A stretch of 64,000 bases of DNA from Pavona decussata (lineage: Eukaryota), in assembly GCA_977016875.1 (NCBI GenBank), contig CDRNST010000221.1, forward strand, positions 62,001 through 126,000. Reading direction: 5' to 3'. Position 1 is the first letter of the stretch, and every line of letters starts with the position of its first letter. A program made the position numbers and the translations under genes. Shown piece after piece: positions 51,666-64,000 of this stretch. The notes under the pieces were generated by a model that saw only the letters and a program-made list of their open reading frames with translations, was not told where the DNA came from and searched no databases.

Positions 51666-52631
51666 AAAATGAAATGTGTGAAAACTTTGAACTTTGAACC
51701 AAGAACTTTGAAATGTTGAAATGAATACTTTAACACTATGTATGAATTTAAGACTCTGCCGTTTTCAGAAAGAAAACAAACCTTTTCAAGCGGTAAATCG
51801 AAAGAATAACTTCTGCGTAGTACTTGACAGTCTAAACGGTGGAGATTTGAGAGTTCACAGCGAAGAAATTACGCTTTGGCAAACAGATCGAATAATTCAA
51901 TGCGAAGGAAACCAGACCCAGCTAGTACAGTGATCACTGGTGCGTGACGCTGCAGACTTTGTCGAACTGATGCCTAAGCACTACTGGTAATCGACTAATT
52001 TAAAGAAAAAAAAATTAAAAGGTTTCATTTTCAATTTCAGTACTAAAACGTTTCATCTAGGAAAGCTTTGTTTCTGTTTGTAACTGGGTTGTCAGATTGC
52101 TAAGTGAGAACGTAACTACTATACAGGGGAAAGCATTTGTTGAGAAGAAATTACCTCGTGCTTTATACGGACGCTTTGATCCTTACGTTTTTACCTTTAA
52201 TTTGGAGATAGAAACCGTTTCTACATTGATTATTTTTCAATAGTAAACGTGAGTCAGATCCCCTTATCTGTATCTGTCATCAGTGTTGCCCAGCGCAGCG
52301 CCCAGCGGGGTCATGACGTTATCAAAAAGTTATTTCCGGTATGATTTCCAGTAAGACAAAGATAAAATATCACGCAATCTTTCTGAATAAAACTATTCAA
52401 TTATTTTAATCGAGAAGGGTGGATAGCTTTAAAAATCTGCGAAGCATACAATGAGAATAAATGAGGCCACATTAAGGTTCCTGCGAAAATGCCTTTAGGG
52501 GCATCTTGTCCACTTTTGTGGCGGCCATATTGTCTACATGTTTTAGACTCAACTATGCCATTTTCAAAAAGAAAATAACCCCTTTTGAAGCGGTAAATCG
52601 AAAGAATAACTTCTAAGAAGCACTCGACAGT

Positions 52632-55600
52632 TAGAGAAGTGGCCAACAAACTAGACCTTATCCTGGCAAGACTAAGCAGTTTAGACTCGAGAAAGGAGGA
52701 ATTGAATAGTACGGTAAAAGGTCTACAAAGCAAATTCCTTCCATGGAAATTGATATTAACTCGGTTAAGGACAAGCAGAAGAGTCTTAACCAAAAGTTCA
52801 CTCACACTCCAAATTTGTGGATGAGAATATCAAGCAACTTGAGGGCAGCTTGCAAAAAAGTAAGGCTGAAGTGGTCGAATGTCACAAGAAAATTCTTTAC
52901 TTAAAGGCTTACAGTCGAAGAGAAAATCTAAAATTTGAAGGAATTCCAGAAGTTGTCCAACGCAATACAACATCTAATCGAAGTGAGGACACGGAGTGTG
53001 TTATTGTTGACTTTCTTGAGAATGTCCTTGGAATTGAGGACGCCAAGTCCATCGAGTTTCAGCGAGTGCACATCGGTTAGGCAAGCCGAAGAATGGTAGC
53101 GGAGATGGCGGCCGAACGATCATAGCACGTTTTCTAAGATTCTCTGATAGAGAGCGAGTTTATAAGCAAGGACGTAGACTTAAAGGCACTAATTACAGAA
53201 TGTTTGAAGACATTCCAATGGAATTACACCAAAAGAGAAAAGCACAGATGGAAAGGCTCAAAGAAGCGAGGAAAGAAGGCAAACGCGCCAACTTTAGTGG
53301 ATCAGATAAATTATATATTGATGGCAAATTCGTCAAAATGTAAAATATTTTGGCTTAAACGATTCACGCTGTACTCAGTCAGCTTTTTCCAATATATTGT
53401 ACTGTGTATTATGATGTAGGCCTTTTCAACATTTGTCAAATGTTTCTCTTATCTACCGTAACAGTAGAGCAAAATCACCTCTATTTTCAATTTGGGTTCC
53501 ATAGACACCTTTTTGTTTGTTTGTTTTTTTTTTGTGAATTTCTTACTCGATTTGATATGTGGTGGAGGAGCATGATTGCCTTTTTGTTCATTTTCCTAAA
53601 CTATCTTGTTACCAACGGATGGTTGTTCAGTAGATGGAGATGGACCTAGTACCTTTTAATCTGGAACACGAGGTAAGTATCTTTAGTTAATATGTTTTTT
53701 CCTCTTGTTCCAGTCTTGTGTTGTGTTTGTAGTAAATTTTTTTTACTGTTTTCGATATGTATTGATGATAAATATCATGCCGTTTCCCTGTAACACAAGT
53801 AGAATGTTTAGATATTTTGTTAATTGCCTCAGAAGCCCAGTTAAGCACATGTTACGTAACAATCACATGCCATCATTTGGCATCAGCCCATTCTGTTTTA
53901 TTCTACTGCTTTCTTCTGCAATCCTAGAGCTGTTCTATTTTTCTAATGTCCACTAGATAAGCGCTAGTACGTTTAAATTAATTTCGCTAAATGTGAGAGG
54001 CATGAGCAATTTTAAGAAAAGAGAAATGATATTTACTTGGTGTCGAAAACAGAAGGAAGATGTTATTTTCTAACAAGAAACTCACCCTAAAAAAGACACA
54101 GAAATGTATTGGAAAAACGAATGGGGAAGTGAGATTATCCTGGCCCATGGCAGCTCAAATTCATGTGGGGTGACAATCCCTGTTAATAAAGTTGTTGATT
54201 GTACAATTCACTCTAAAATTCTGTATCCCTCGGGACGGTATGTAATGCTAAAAGTAGAAATTGAAGACAAAATGTATATATTGATCAATATTTATGCTCC
54301 CAACAAAGACACAAATATCGTCAACTTTTTCAACATTTTGCTTATGACGTTGCGGTAAAATGATTTTGATGAAGAAGAAAATATTATTATAGGTGGGGAT
54401 TGTAACTGCCCTCTTAATCCACTTCTTGATAAGAAAGGGGTCTTTTAATTCCAAGAAAATCTGTCGTAACCTCAATTGATAACCTACAAGAAGAGCTAGA
54501 TCTTGTCGATAAATGGAGAATAAAGAATCCTGCGAAAAGAAGCTTCACATGGAGCCAAACTTCTCCCATGATTTTTTGTTGATTGGACTTTACAGTATGG
54601 GAGGGTAACAGTAATAAAATCCTTGGTTATCCCAAAGTTTGTTTATGTATCATCCTTATTAACGATGCCTTAGGGAGTCATCAGAGAACTAAACCAATTG
54701 ATATTTAAATTTCTATGGAAAGGAGTTGATGAAGTCACTCGCTTGGCAGTAATAAACGATTATCGAAAGAGCGGCTTGAAAATGATTGATCTTGAAACTA
54801 TGGTTAAGTCTTTAAGGTTAGCCTGGCTGAAGAGAATTTTTGGCGAAAATGACAGCACATGGAAAAATTATTTACGTCACCCACTGAAACGTTTTGGCGG
54901 CCTTTTCTTATTCCACTGCAATTATGATATAAAAGACTTCACAATCTCTTCTAAATTCTATAGTGAACTGCTTCAGTGGTGAGCAGAGTTTCGTGACGAA
55001 TTTTCTTCAAAGAAACAATGTAATTTGGAATAACAAAGACATTTGCGTAAATAATAGGCCGGTATTCTACAAAACGTATCTCGAGTCCGGTTTTATTGAG
55101 GTAACAGATCTTCTATTCGATTTAAATATTACAGAATCCTTTAATACTATTTAAAAAAAGATTGATAAAACAAATTTTCTAGTCTGGGCAGGTCCAGGCA
55201 TGCTATACCGTCCCACTTAAAATCAAAACCAAAAACTCATTATCACACCTTTTTGGTAGGGCCACCTACCCTGATAATTAATAACAACGCTTTTGATATT
55301 TTAAGGAAAAAATCAAAAGACTATTACACACTGATTATAAGCAAAAAAGCACAATTTTCTAAACTTTCGTTAGTTTTTAAACGTGATTTTAATTTAAGCG
55401 AAGATCAATTAGAAAAAGTGTGTACTTTACCTCATATTTTGTGTTCCGAGCCTTATGTTAAGGCCTTCAATACAAGGTTTTTAACTCTATACTATACAAT
55501 AATATCAAATTATATAAGATAGGATTTATTACAGACAATAAATGTTCCTTTTGTACGTCTGAACCGGAAACTATGTTACACCTTCTTTTCGACTGCATAT

Positions 55601-56400
55601 ACTTTCGAACGTTTTTGGAAAGATTTTGAATTTTATTTTTATTCTTTATCAAAAGAATTCTTTCATCTCAGTTGGCAAGATGTATTAGTAGGTATTATTA
55701 CTTCAGAATGCCCCTCACTGAACTACTTTCTATTGATAGCCAAAGTGTATCTATGGGATTGCAGAAGATCTCAAATACTCCCTAGCTTAACTGGGTTTAA
55801 GGTAAAGATCAAAATTAAATTTGAAACAGAAAAATATATTTGTACTCAGAACAACACCCTCAATTAATTTAACAAAATATGGGCAACGATCTGTCCTCTT
55901 TAATTTTCATATTTAGGTATTATTACTTCAGAATGCCCCTTACTAAACTACTTTCTATTGATAGCCAAAGTGTATCTTTGGGATTGCAGAAGATCTCAAA
56001 TACTCCCTAGCTTAACTGGGTTTAAGGTAAAGATCAAAATTAAATTTAACACAGAAAAATTTATTTGTACTCAGAACAACACCCTTATTCAATTTAACAA
56101 AAAATGGGCAACAATGTCTCCTCTTTAATTTTCATATTTATGTTTTATAAGATATTCTTTACGTAGTAAATTGATTGTATGTAGCTTTTCTTTTCGTAAC
56201 TTCCTATTTTCTTTGTGCATTGACTGTATTTTGAAAATGTAAATAGTGCAATTTAGGTTTAGTTATTGTAAGTTATGTTAAAGTATGGTAAGTAACGCGT
56301 GGTTTAATTAGTTAGAAATGTTAGTATTGTAAGTTATGTTTTGCTTGGAATAAACTTGCATTAAAAAAAAATAAATACATAAATAAATAAATAAATAAAT
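52632..56400 (+). mobile_element. Decayed L1/Tx1-like LINE: ORF1, APE endonuclease, RT deleted, C-terminus and A-rich tail
   Basis: ORF1 coiled coil + YSRRENLKFEGIPE, FQRVH, RTIIARFLRFSDRE; ORF2 LISLNVRG..QETH..NIYAPN..IGGDCN..FTW; then jumps to RVTVIKSLVIPKF..FKFLWKG..SGLKMID; AATAAA followed by (TAAA)n to 56400. Confidence 0.9.
55689..56140 (+). repeat. Tandem duplication (2 x ~225 bp) of the LINE ORF2 3' end
   Basis: TAGGTATTATTACTTCAGAATGCCCC at 55689 and 55914; near-identical copies. Confidence 0.9.
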
Positions 56401-59400
56401 CTTTTGGCAAAGTTTGTGTATGCAGGTATTTGCCTAACCTCATTATCATTATCAGCAGATAAGTAGCGAGGCGGTAACAGATCCAGTCTGAACACCAATG
56501 AGGCAGTCTTAAAACACACAAAATGTTTGCCGACACGCACGCCGCTACACACGTTGCGCGGGCCTACCTATTCGAAAATAAATCCAAGAAACTTTTGTCT
56601 TTTTGCCACGCCAAATTGCACTCGAAAACGTTTTGAGGGATCAATTTAGTTCGCGATTAATTTGGAACAATGCCTCTTTGAATCTTTTCAAAGTCCAGCC
56701 TGATGGAACACATCCGCTTAGTTGGTTACGTGGGTGGGTTGTTCGTGCCACTAAACGCGCGCAAGAGATTGGTTGGCAGACCATGCATACAAAAAAAGGC
56801 CCATTCGTTAAATGATGTGGTTAATTAATATGTTTTATAAATATACACCGAATGTTCCAATTTCCTTCAGTTAATCGAATCTCTGATTTAAAACTGAGTC
56901 GTTAGAAGAGAAATTTTCAGGATAAAATTTCGAGTATTTGCCTTGAATCTTGGGTGCCTCTTTGGAGTCTTGGAAAATCGGTAAGTTAGTCTAAAATTTA
57001 AAACTAATTTACTGTTCGATGAAGGGGTGACATTATTCACAAAAGCTTCAAATCTTTCCTGAGGTGAGATTCTTAACTCTTGTTATGAAACTTAACCCTG
57101 AAGATCTGCCAAAAAATCTAAGATGAACCTTAAAGGCGCTCTTTAAGTTGCATTTAAAAGCCTTTTTTGAATTCTTATAGGGATAACCGCTGTACACTCG
57201 TTCCCAGACTACCGTTCCCCGTTCCCCGTTCCCCGTTCCCGTTCTCCGTTCCTGATTTAAGTAACATCCCTTATATATCTACAGAATACAAAAAGTAAAG
57301 TACGTTCCTTTGTTTACATGGCTTAGATGATGCAACATCAACGTAAAATCACGAGCTCAACACAGCAAATGTAACCTAGAATGTATTATTTTCACGTGCG
57401 TTTAATTGTTAGGAGTTCCTTATTAGGAGAGTACTTTAACGGACTACATCTATAACAAAGGATACTGAACTTTGATTGCGGAAAAAGCAAGCACATCAAA
57501 AGAATTGCTGAGTCGTAAGATGACAGGACAAAGGTTAGGGACTCGCGATCGCGTGATCGAGCAAGGTACCATGTACATTACACGTGTACAAGCCTAAGTC
57601 CAAATAGAATAAATTAAAGTAAGAGCCTTTTGTTTGAAAACCTTATGCTGGCTTTTAATGAAAGCGAACGATTATAAGCGAAAATTACGTAAGACTAGAA
57701 GGAATCAAGGATTATTGAGTGCATTCGAATGTTTGTTTTGGGTATTGAGGTTTTCCATATTTGACCTGAAGGAGAGTACAATGACTCAAATGATCAACTA
57801 GTTTTCTTTCTAGCGAACTCTTTCTTATCGATGGAATGTCACAGGACGATAACATGTGCCATACTTGTTTCTTTGTAGCTGGAATAAACGACTTTCTGTA
57901 CGCTTGAGAAGCAGTAAACAAGTTCCTGGTCAAGCTTCGTTCTATTAGAGATATGAAATTTCAAAAAAAAAAAAAGCAAAAAAAACATTGCAGTTAACTT
58001 GCAAAATTAATTGAGATTAAACTTACTGAAAAGAGGCCTAGTGGTTAATGGTACTAAGTATTGAATAAGAAGATTAAGGAAAGTAGAAAATCACTGAGTG
58101 AAGTTATTATTGAGGTTGTAAAAAATGCAGAGTACAGTTTGATCGTGTTGTCACATGGGCGAATTTGGTATACGCTGGAGGATTTCGGTTTGTTTGCACA
58201 GCCATGGTTTGTTTTTTGGTTTACATAAGATCGCGTAGTGAAGAAATTTCGTGAATAAAGACACACAGAAAAACAGACAATAAGCTTTCTTAAATAAAAA
58301 AAAAATAATAATCAGACAGTTCTGTGTTCACGCCTCTGTATTCATCGCCTCACAATCGTTGCAGTGATGTGCGATCGCACATGTTTAAGTTCGCTTTGAC
58401 AAATTCTCGAACAGTAATTCCTTCGCTATGAATTCATTGATTCCCTCTGTTTAAACAGTCGAGTGTTCCTTAGAAGTTATTCTTTTGATTTACAGTATTG
58501 AAAACCTGTGTTTTCCTTCCAAACACCTCAAACTGCTACCCTCGAATTCACGCATGAGAGAGGCGGTAGCCATTTTGAATTGTTTGTCATCCGTTCACAT
58601 GCCCTGCGTGCAGCCTTCGAACGGATACCGTAATGAACGTTTTCGCGTGAGAGGTTACCGTTTTGGTTCGACATTTCTTTACCTAAAGTCAGCATTGAAA
58701 AGCTCTTACAGAAACAACAGACGCATTCAATTACCAAAATCACCTGGGTGGAAGAGAGACGACGACTTATAAGTGCAGAAGCACGACAGCGCGCATTCTT
58801 TCCACAAAATCACCGGCAGAAAGCTGGGGGAGCAGGTTTGATTTCAAATACAGAGGATCTGTATGCCAACACCCTTACAGACGGTTTACAAGATACATAC
58901 CAGCAGATGCTACCTCCGCAGTTGCCAAGTAGACAGCCAAAAAGATAGTTACTTTCATCGTTTCCATCCTCAGTGTTATAAATCCCGTGATGGAGATTAG
59001 TTAAACAGGTGAACGGCCAAAACTGTAATGTCTTAATCAGTGTGAGAATCTGCCTTCGCGTTCGACGCAGTTGCTATACGATCTGATGCAAGTCAACTCG
59101 GCGACAACTCCCTTATCACACTGATCTCCAGCTGACGTCAACGAGGTCACATGTTCTGAATGGTGGTCGTCAATTGGGAGCCAGAAAAAATATTTACCAT
59201 TGACAGACAATCCGAACAGTTTATTTATTATTATTATTTTCATTAGTTATGGAATCACAGCTGACAATCCATCTGGAGCGAAATCTTTATGGCTAGATTG
59301 ACATTTTTTTGACGTGGAGGAAAGTCACATGGTATCTTCGTCTTGGCATTTACTGGCATTTTGTTTACGAGCAAAAGTTGTCTCATTTCTGATTTCAGTG

Positions 59401-61337
59401 CAGCTCAGGTTTTACCTGGTAACGTATAAAATACTAGTTATGTAATTGGGGGTACGAGATCATTTAAAAAGTACATCGGGTGGCCAACAGCAAAACAAAA
59501 CAAAAAAAAAAGTGCAACAGATAACCAATGCACCTAACACTGTGGTAAAACAAAATGAATAAACTAATTAGGCAACTAAAATTAGACATATTATGGTAAA
59601 ATAATAACTCGTTTAATTAATGCATTTTGTGATTCTCAGTAAAACAGGAAATCTACTGATGTAAACCTGCAGTGGACTTTGCCTTCAAATTAAGTCATTA
59701 GAATAAGTTTTATGGGTAAAAAGCATTTCGAATATGTTTCTCAGAAAAGCAGGTCTATGATGTAATGCAACAGGGCTTTCCCTTCCATATGAGTCATCAA
59801 ATTGCTATTGTTTCAGTCGATCATCATGTGACAAGTTTTAACTAATTAATAATTATCTTATACATTTGGTGATTATTGTCCAACGCGTTGAGGTAGCTGA
59901 AGGAAAATACATTTACAAGCTGAAAGAAAGCACCAATTTATCATATATTCTCTTTTAGATATAACAAACAAGTTTAAGACATTATAGGGTACTCTGCCTA
60001 GTTAGCAAAATGTTAATTGCACTATAATATAGTCAAGTGACCACCTTATGTAGAAACTTTTGTTTCCCGTGCGTGGGTTGACCGTATAACGGGTCTATAA
60101 CCAGAATATTATTACAGACTGAAGAAAAGAGCCCAATTTGGTACATATCTTGTGTTTGTATAAGAAAAATGTACTAACGTGCCATGAAAATGTGATTAAG
60201 GGAAAGCTCAACGAAAATCATTGATACTTATTGCAAAAGATAGTGGTGAAGCGGAGAGGAGGGGGGGAGGGATGGTGGTTATACCAGTTGGGAAAAAATT
60301 ACCGTAGAACAAAGCAGGACGTTTGGCAGCTACAGGATCCTGCTTTTTTAATTTTTCAAAATAAAATCAAAGGCTCCTGTGAGCCAACTCGTGAATGCAG
60401 AAGTGAATAGTGGCAGCCGTATTAACAGAGGTACTACGCTACAAGGATTCGTGGTCGCCATCGGTGGCTCCGCAGCAGACCATTTCAGGCTGCATACGCA
60501 ACTAGCCTGCGTTTCCGTTATTACCGGGAATGCCTCGATTTCGCGGCCCTCGAATTGAGGCCTTAAAATACACTAAAGAACACTTATAATATATAGCGGT
60601 GAAATCCTGTTTCTTGTAGAAAGCCAGGTTTTTGAGAAGGCAAAGAGTTTGAAATCAAGTGAAGATAAATTCCGATGAATTGCGGCGATACGTTTCTCAG
60701 GATATCGGAAGCAATTCCTGGAAGTCTACGGAAAATACATTCGATGTTTTATGCAGATTTACTTTGTTGTGTTTATTGAAATGATGCAATGCTGCAGTTA
60801 TTAAGAACTTTTGTGGAAAAGTCGCGTTGTCTACTTGAGACGTTTTATTCGGGAATGGCTTTGCCTAGCAACGCAAAAAGAACTTCAGAGTAAATTTACC
60901 AGTTTCCAGTACAAAGCCAGCGCGGCGCTTTATAGAACCACATCACTACCTAAATCCTTTTAAATTCTCGCACACGGTAACCATAAACATCAGTATCTCC
61001 CGCTCATTTAGTCTCCATAAACACAACATTTACAAGCTCTGCAGTTAGGCCAGTGACCATATGTAACCCTTCTCGCCAATTCACGATGAGGCTTTTAATG
61101 GTGAAGTTAATCTTACATTTCACGCCTTGAAAAAGTCATGGTTGATTTCACGCCGTGGAATAGGCTCACGTCGTGAAATATCAGTGAAAGCTTACAAAAC
61201 ACCCTGGTTGTAAAACTTTTCGTCGTCAGCGAGAATATAAAACTTTTGTGCCAAACTTATCAGGTAAACCATCAGGCATCTATCGAATGTGACACTTCGA
61301 CCGTAAGGGATCGAGACTTCGGGAGGATTGTACAAAC

Positions 61338-62116
61338 GATCATGACTAAAACACCACACGAGTACATACGGGTAACATACGGGTAACATACGAGTAACAT
61401 ACGAAACATACGGATACATACGACTAACATATGAGTCATACGACTAACATGCGGATACATACGAATACATACGACTAACATACGACTAACATACGGATAC
61501 ATACGAATACATACGAGTATAACGAATGTTTTTCTTATAAAGGAAGCTCTTATTATAAGCCTTGCAAGCATTTTTCACGTCAGCAAACACGTACCCGGTC
61601 CAATTTGAGGTTGGGGGGGGGGATGTTGATCGCCCCCCCCCCCCCAACCCCCCAAGGCTTAAATTTAGTCACAGTAAAATAAATTCACATGGAGTGCAAA
61701 ACCATTAGCTTGCGCTACAAGATAAAATTATATTTTGCATGGCACTGACGTCGTATGACGTCAGCAAATCCGCCATCTTGATTTCACTATTTCACCTTAG
61801 TTGGTTATGAGAAATGGCAAAAAATCAGTGCAAAATCAAGCCAGAAAGCTTAAATGTAACCATGTACATGTAAAAATGTCGAATTTTGGGAACAGTTGAC
61901 ACATTAATTTAATCGTATTTTATTACTCGTATGTATCCATATGTTATTCGTATGTATCCGTATGTTACTCGTATGTTAGTCGTATGTATCCGTATGTTAG
62001 TCGTATGTTAGTCATATGTTAGTCGTATGTATTCGTATGTATCCGTATGTTCCGTATGTTACACGTATGTTACCCGTATGTTAGTCGTAAGTCGTGTGGT
62101 GTTTTAGGTCATGATC
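61338..62116. mobile_element. Foldback-like element: TIRs plus inverted subterminal ~10-11-bp minisatellite arrays
   Basis: GATCATGACTAAAACACCACACGA + (TAACATACGAC / GGATACATAC)n at 61338-61520, mirrored by (GTATGTTAGTC)n + TCGTGTGGTGTTTTAGGTCATGATC at 61925-62116. Confidence 0.8.
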
Positions 62117-64000
62117 TGTGCTAATAACCGAGGAGTGTGACTCTCCATTAATTTAATTAAAATGTTCACAACATTTTCCTTCTGCTTCCCGTGGATTTAT
62201 TTTTGTGCGCGATCAAAAACAAACAAAGAGGTTTTCAAAATACTTGGTCACGAAATTTGACTCCTTGCACATCACTATTTCTGTACTCAAAATGAATATC
62301 ATTGTGTTTGGAAGAAGTAATTACTGAAAACGTACAAGCGCTTGCGGGATTTATATTTCATGAACATTTCACGCGAGGTGAAGGCGATTTGAAAATAGTA
62401 AATCTTGTTCCACTCCTAGCAGTTTTTAAAACAGTGAAATTTAACTTATAATCTCGCTGTTCTCTAAAAATTGAAGAGTCTTCAAGTTTTGTTTGGTTTA
62501 TAATTTATTATACTCCTATCAATTTGCATGGCGAGAGAAATATTCTGTCAATTTCGCGGCGTGAAAATTTTCACTATTTGCCAAGTTCATAAGCAAACTA
62601 CATCAAGCCGCTCAATTGTTCACTATCTCAAGTACATGCAATCATGCACTTTACCCGCAGCACTTCACTTTCCAATGGAAACTACTAGTGTACATGTTTT
62701 TTGCTTACCGCGCAAAACAATTAAATTACAGATGTACACGCACTCTGATTCATTTCAATACGCAAAGCAACGCAAAGGTGGACGTGTACGTTCTTTTGGT
62801 GGTTTTACGTGGTTATCAATCGACAAAAAAGCGTCCAGTTTATCTTCCTCGCGTCGTGTTCTTGCCAAATGAAACATGATACATGTGAACAATTTTGTTT
62901 TCCTAGCACGTGACCTAAATCTTACTGTTTTCTGTATGGTAATTAATACTCCTTTCTACGTTCAAACGGAAGAAGCTTTCAATCTTGTTGAAGTTACTAT
63001 TTTGGCTTTATCCAAGTGAACGTAAATATAGAAACACGTCAAGCGCTGATTGTTGCTGTGCATAAGCGAACTTTCAGTGTTTACATTTGTTCTGCTGCAA
63101 AGAGCTTATCGCTCACACTAGACCCCAACTGAAATTTATTTCGAAGCTTTAGTTTTAGTTTCCTACTTTACCCTTAGCCTTTCACCTACGGAATTGTCTT
63201 GAATCTTTAAAGTTAATTGAACGTGTATTTTTTTATATATTGCGGCCAGAGAAATAGAATGTTTTGTTCGGCTGTATGTAAATTCAATGTTTACGGCCTG
63301 ATCTTATCGATTAGGTTTGACACCAAAGGGGGTTTATCGCACTGTGGAATTTCGTATTCTTTCAGTGACGTTGTTTCCTCGGATTTTTACGGTAAGCTCC
63401 TTTAATTTCATGTTTGCGTTTGATGTTTTCTGCAACGAGCAGCTCCGCCTATCAAAGTGTAGCCCCTCTTAAAGATGCTCTTTTGGCTCGTCACGCAATC
63501 TTTCCTCCCCAGCGAGAAGAGCCAAAAGAGCGTCTGCGAGGGAGGTTAATCGAGGTCGAACTTTTGGAAAATATCCGTCCCGAAAGGAAAGTTGCCGCTT
63601 AGTTTCGGTCAATGGAAGGAGTTAGCAGACAACACACATATTAGCTGTTTTCTTTTAAGAATACGTTATTCGTTGAGTTGATTTTACGACCTTGTTTTTT
63701 GTCCCGTAATGGCGGCTTATGATGAAACGACAACAGCAGAATACAGTTTATGAAGTAGAATCCATATGAAAATTAGCCATGTGGAATTTTTCGTGTTGAG
63801 CCAATGACGTCAATTCCTGTAATTTGAGCCTTAACTTCCGGAACAAGGCCAAGCAATGGCGGCCGTGAAATCTCGAATAAAAAGCTAAAAAAAAAAAATA
63901 CTTCCAATCGCCGTAAAGGATTGAAATTTGGTAACATGAGTAAGAAGGTCATATTCTACACGAAAATGCAAAAAGATGGAAAATGAAATTTTCGTCCCAG

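Noticed and set aside
51762-51832. 50-nt AG/GT-bounded segment as the missing first exon of the Ly6/uPAR gene
   Set aside because: Stop codon in the required phase and no hydrophobic core; related sequence recurs at 52561-52631 and inverted at ~58450-58505, so it is a dispersed repeat
59037-59155. Cys-containing minus-strand segment EHVTSLTSAGDQCDKGVVAELTCIRSYSNCVEREGRFSH* as a terminal exon
   Set aside because: Weak acceptor, no partner exon, no recognisable domain
61192-61571. Repetitive ORFs (MLVVCIRMYP repeats)
   Set aside because: Translation of the minisatellite arm of a foldback element

Overview
AT-rich animal genomic DNA with GT-AG introns and a dense load of MITEs and retroelements. 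The gene and repeat content look like a cnidarian, probably a stony coral (inference, not tested). Three host genes can be read. (1) An intact sacsin-like gene on the minus strand (28..18643). By my splice reconstruction it has 8 coding exons, including an 11.1-kb exon, and gives 13,311 nt / 4,436 aa: three HSP90-like SRR repeats, a J domain with HPE instead of HPD, and a HEPN domain. Its start codon appears to be split by an intron (A|TG). Upstream sits a triplicated module rich in STAT-type GAS palindromes (TTCN3GAA) plus a CRE/E-box composite, and a possible fourth, inverted copy lies at 43.3 kb. (2) A disrupted ZP-domain membrane-protein gene on the plus strand (~25.7-29.8 kb). (3) A small 12-Cys Ly6/uPAR (three-finger) GPI-anchored protein gene on the minus strand (50510..51348) that the ORF track misses. 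The rest is nested transposon debris: a decayed BEL/Pao LTR retrotransposon holding three MITEs and a LINE, a 4.4-kb long-TIR TTAA element with two Harbinger-type inserts, an RT-deleted L1/Tx1-like LINE, and several MITE/SINE remnants. There is one 153-N gap. All calls come from reading the sequence by eye; no database searches were run.
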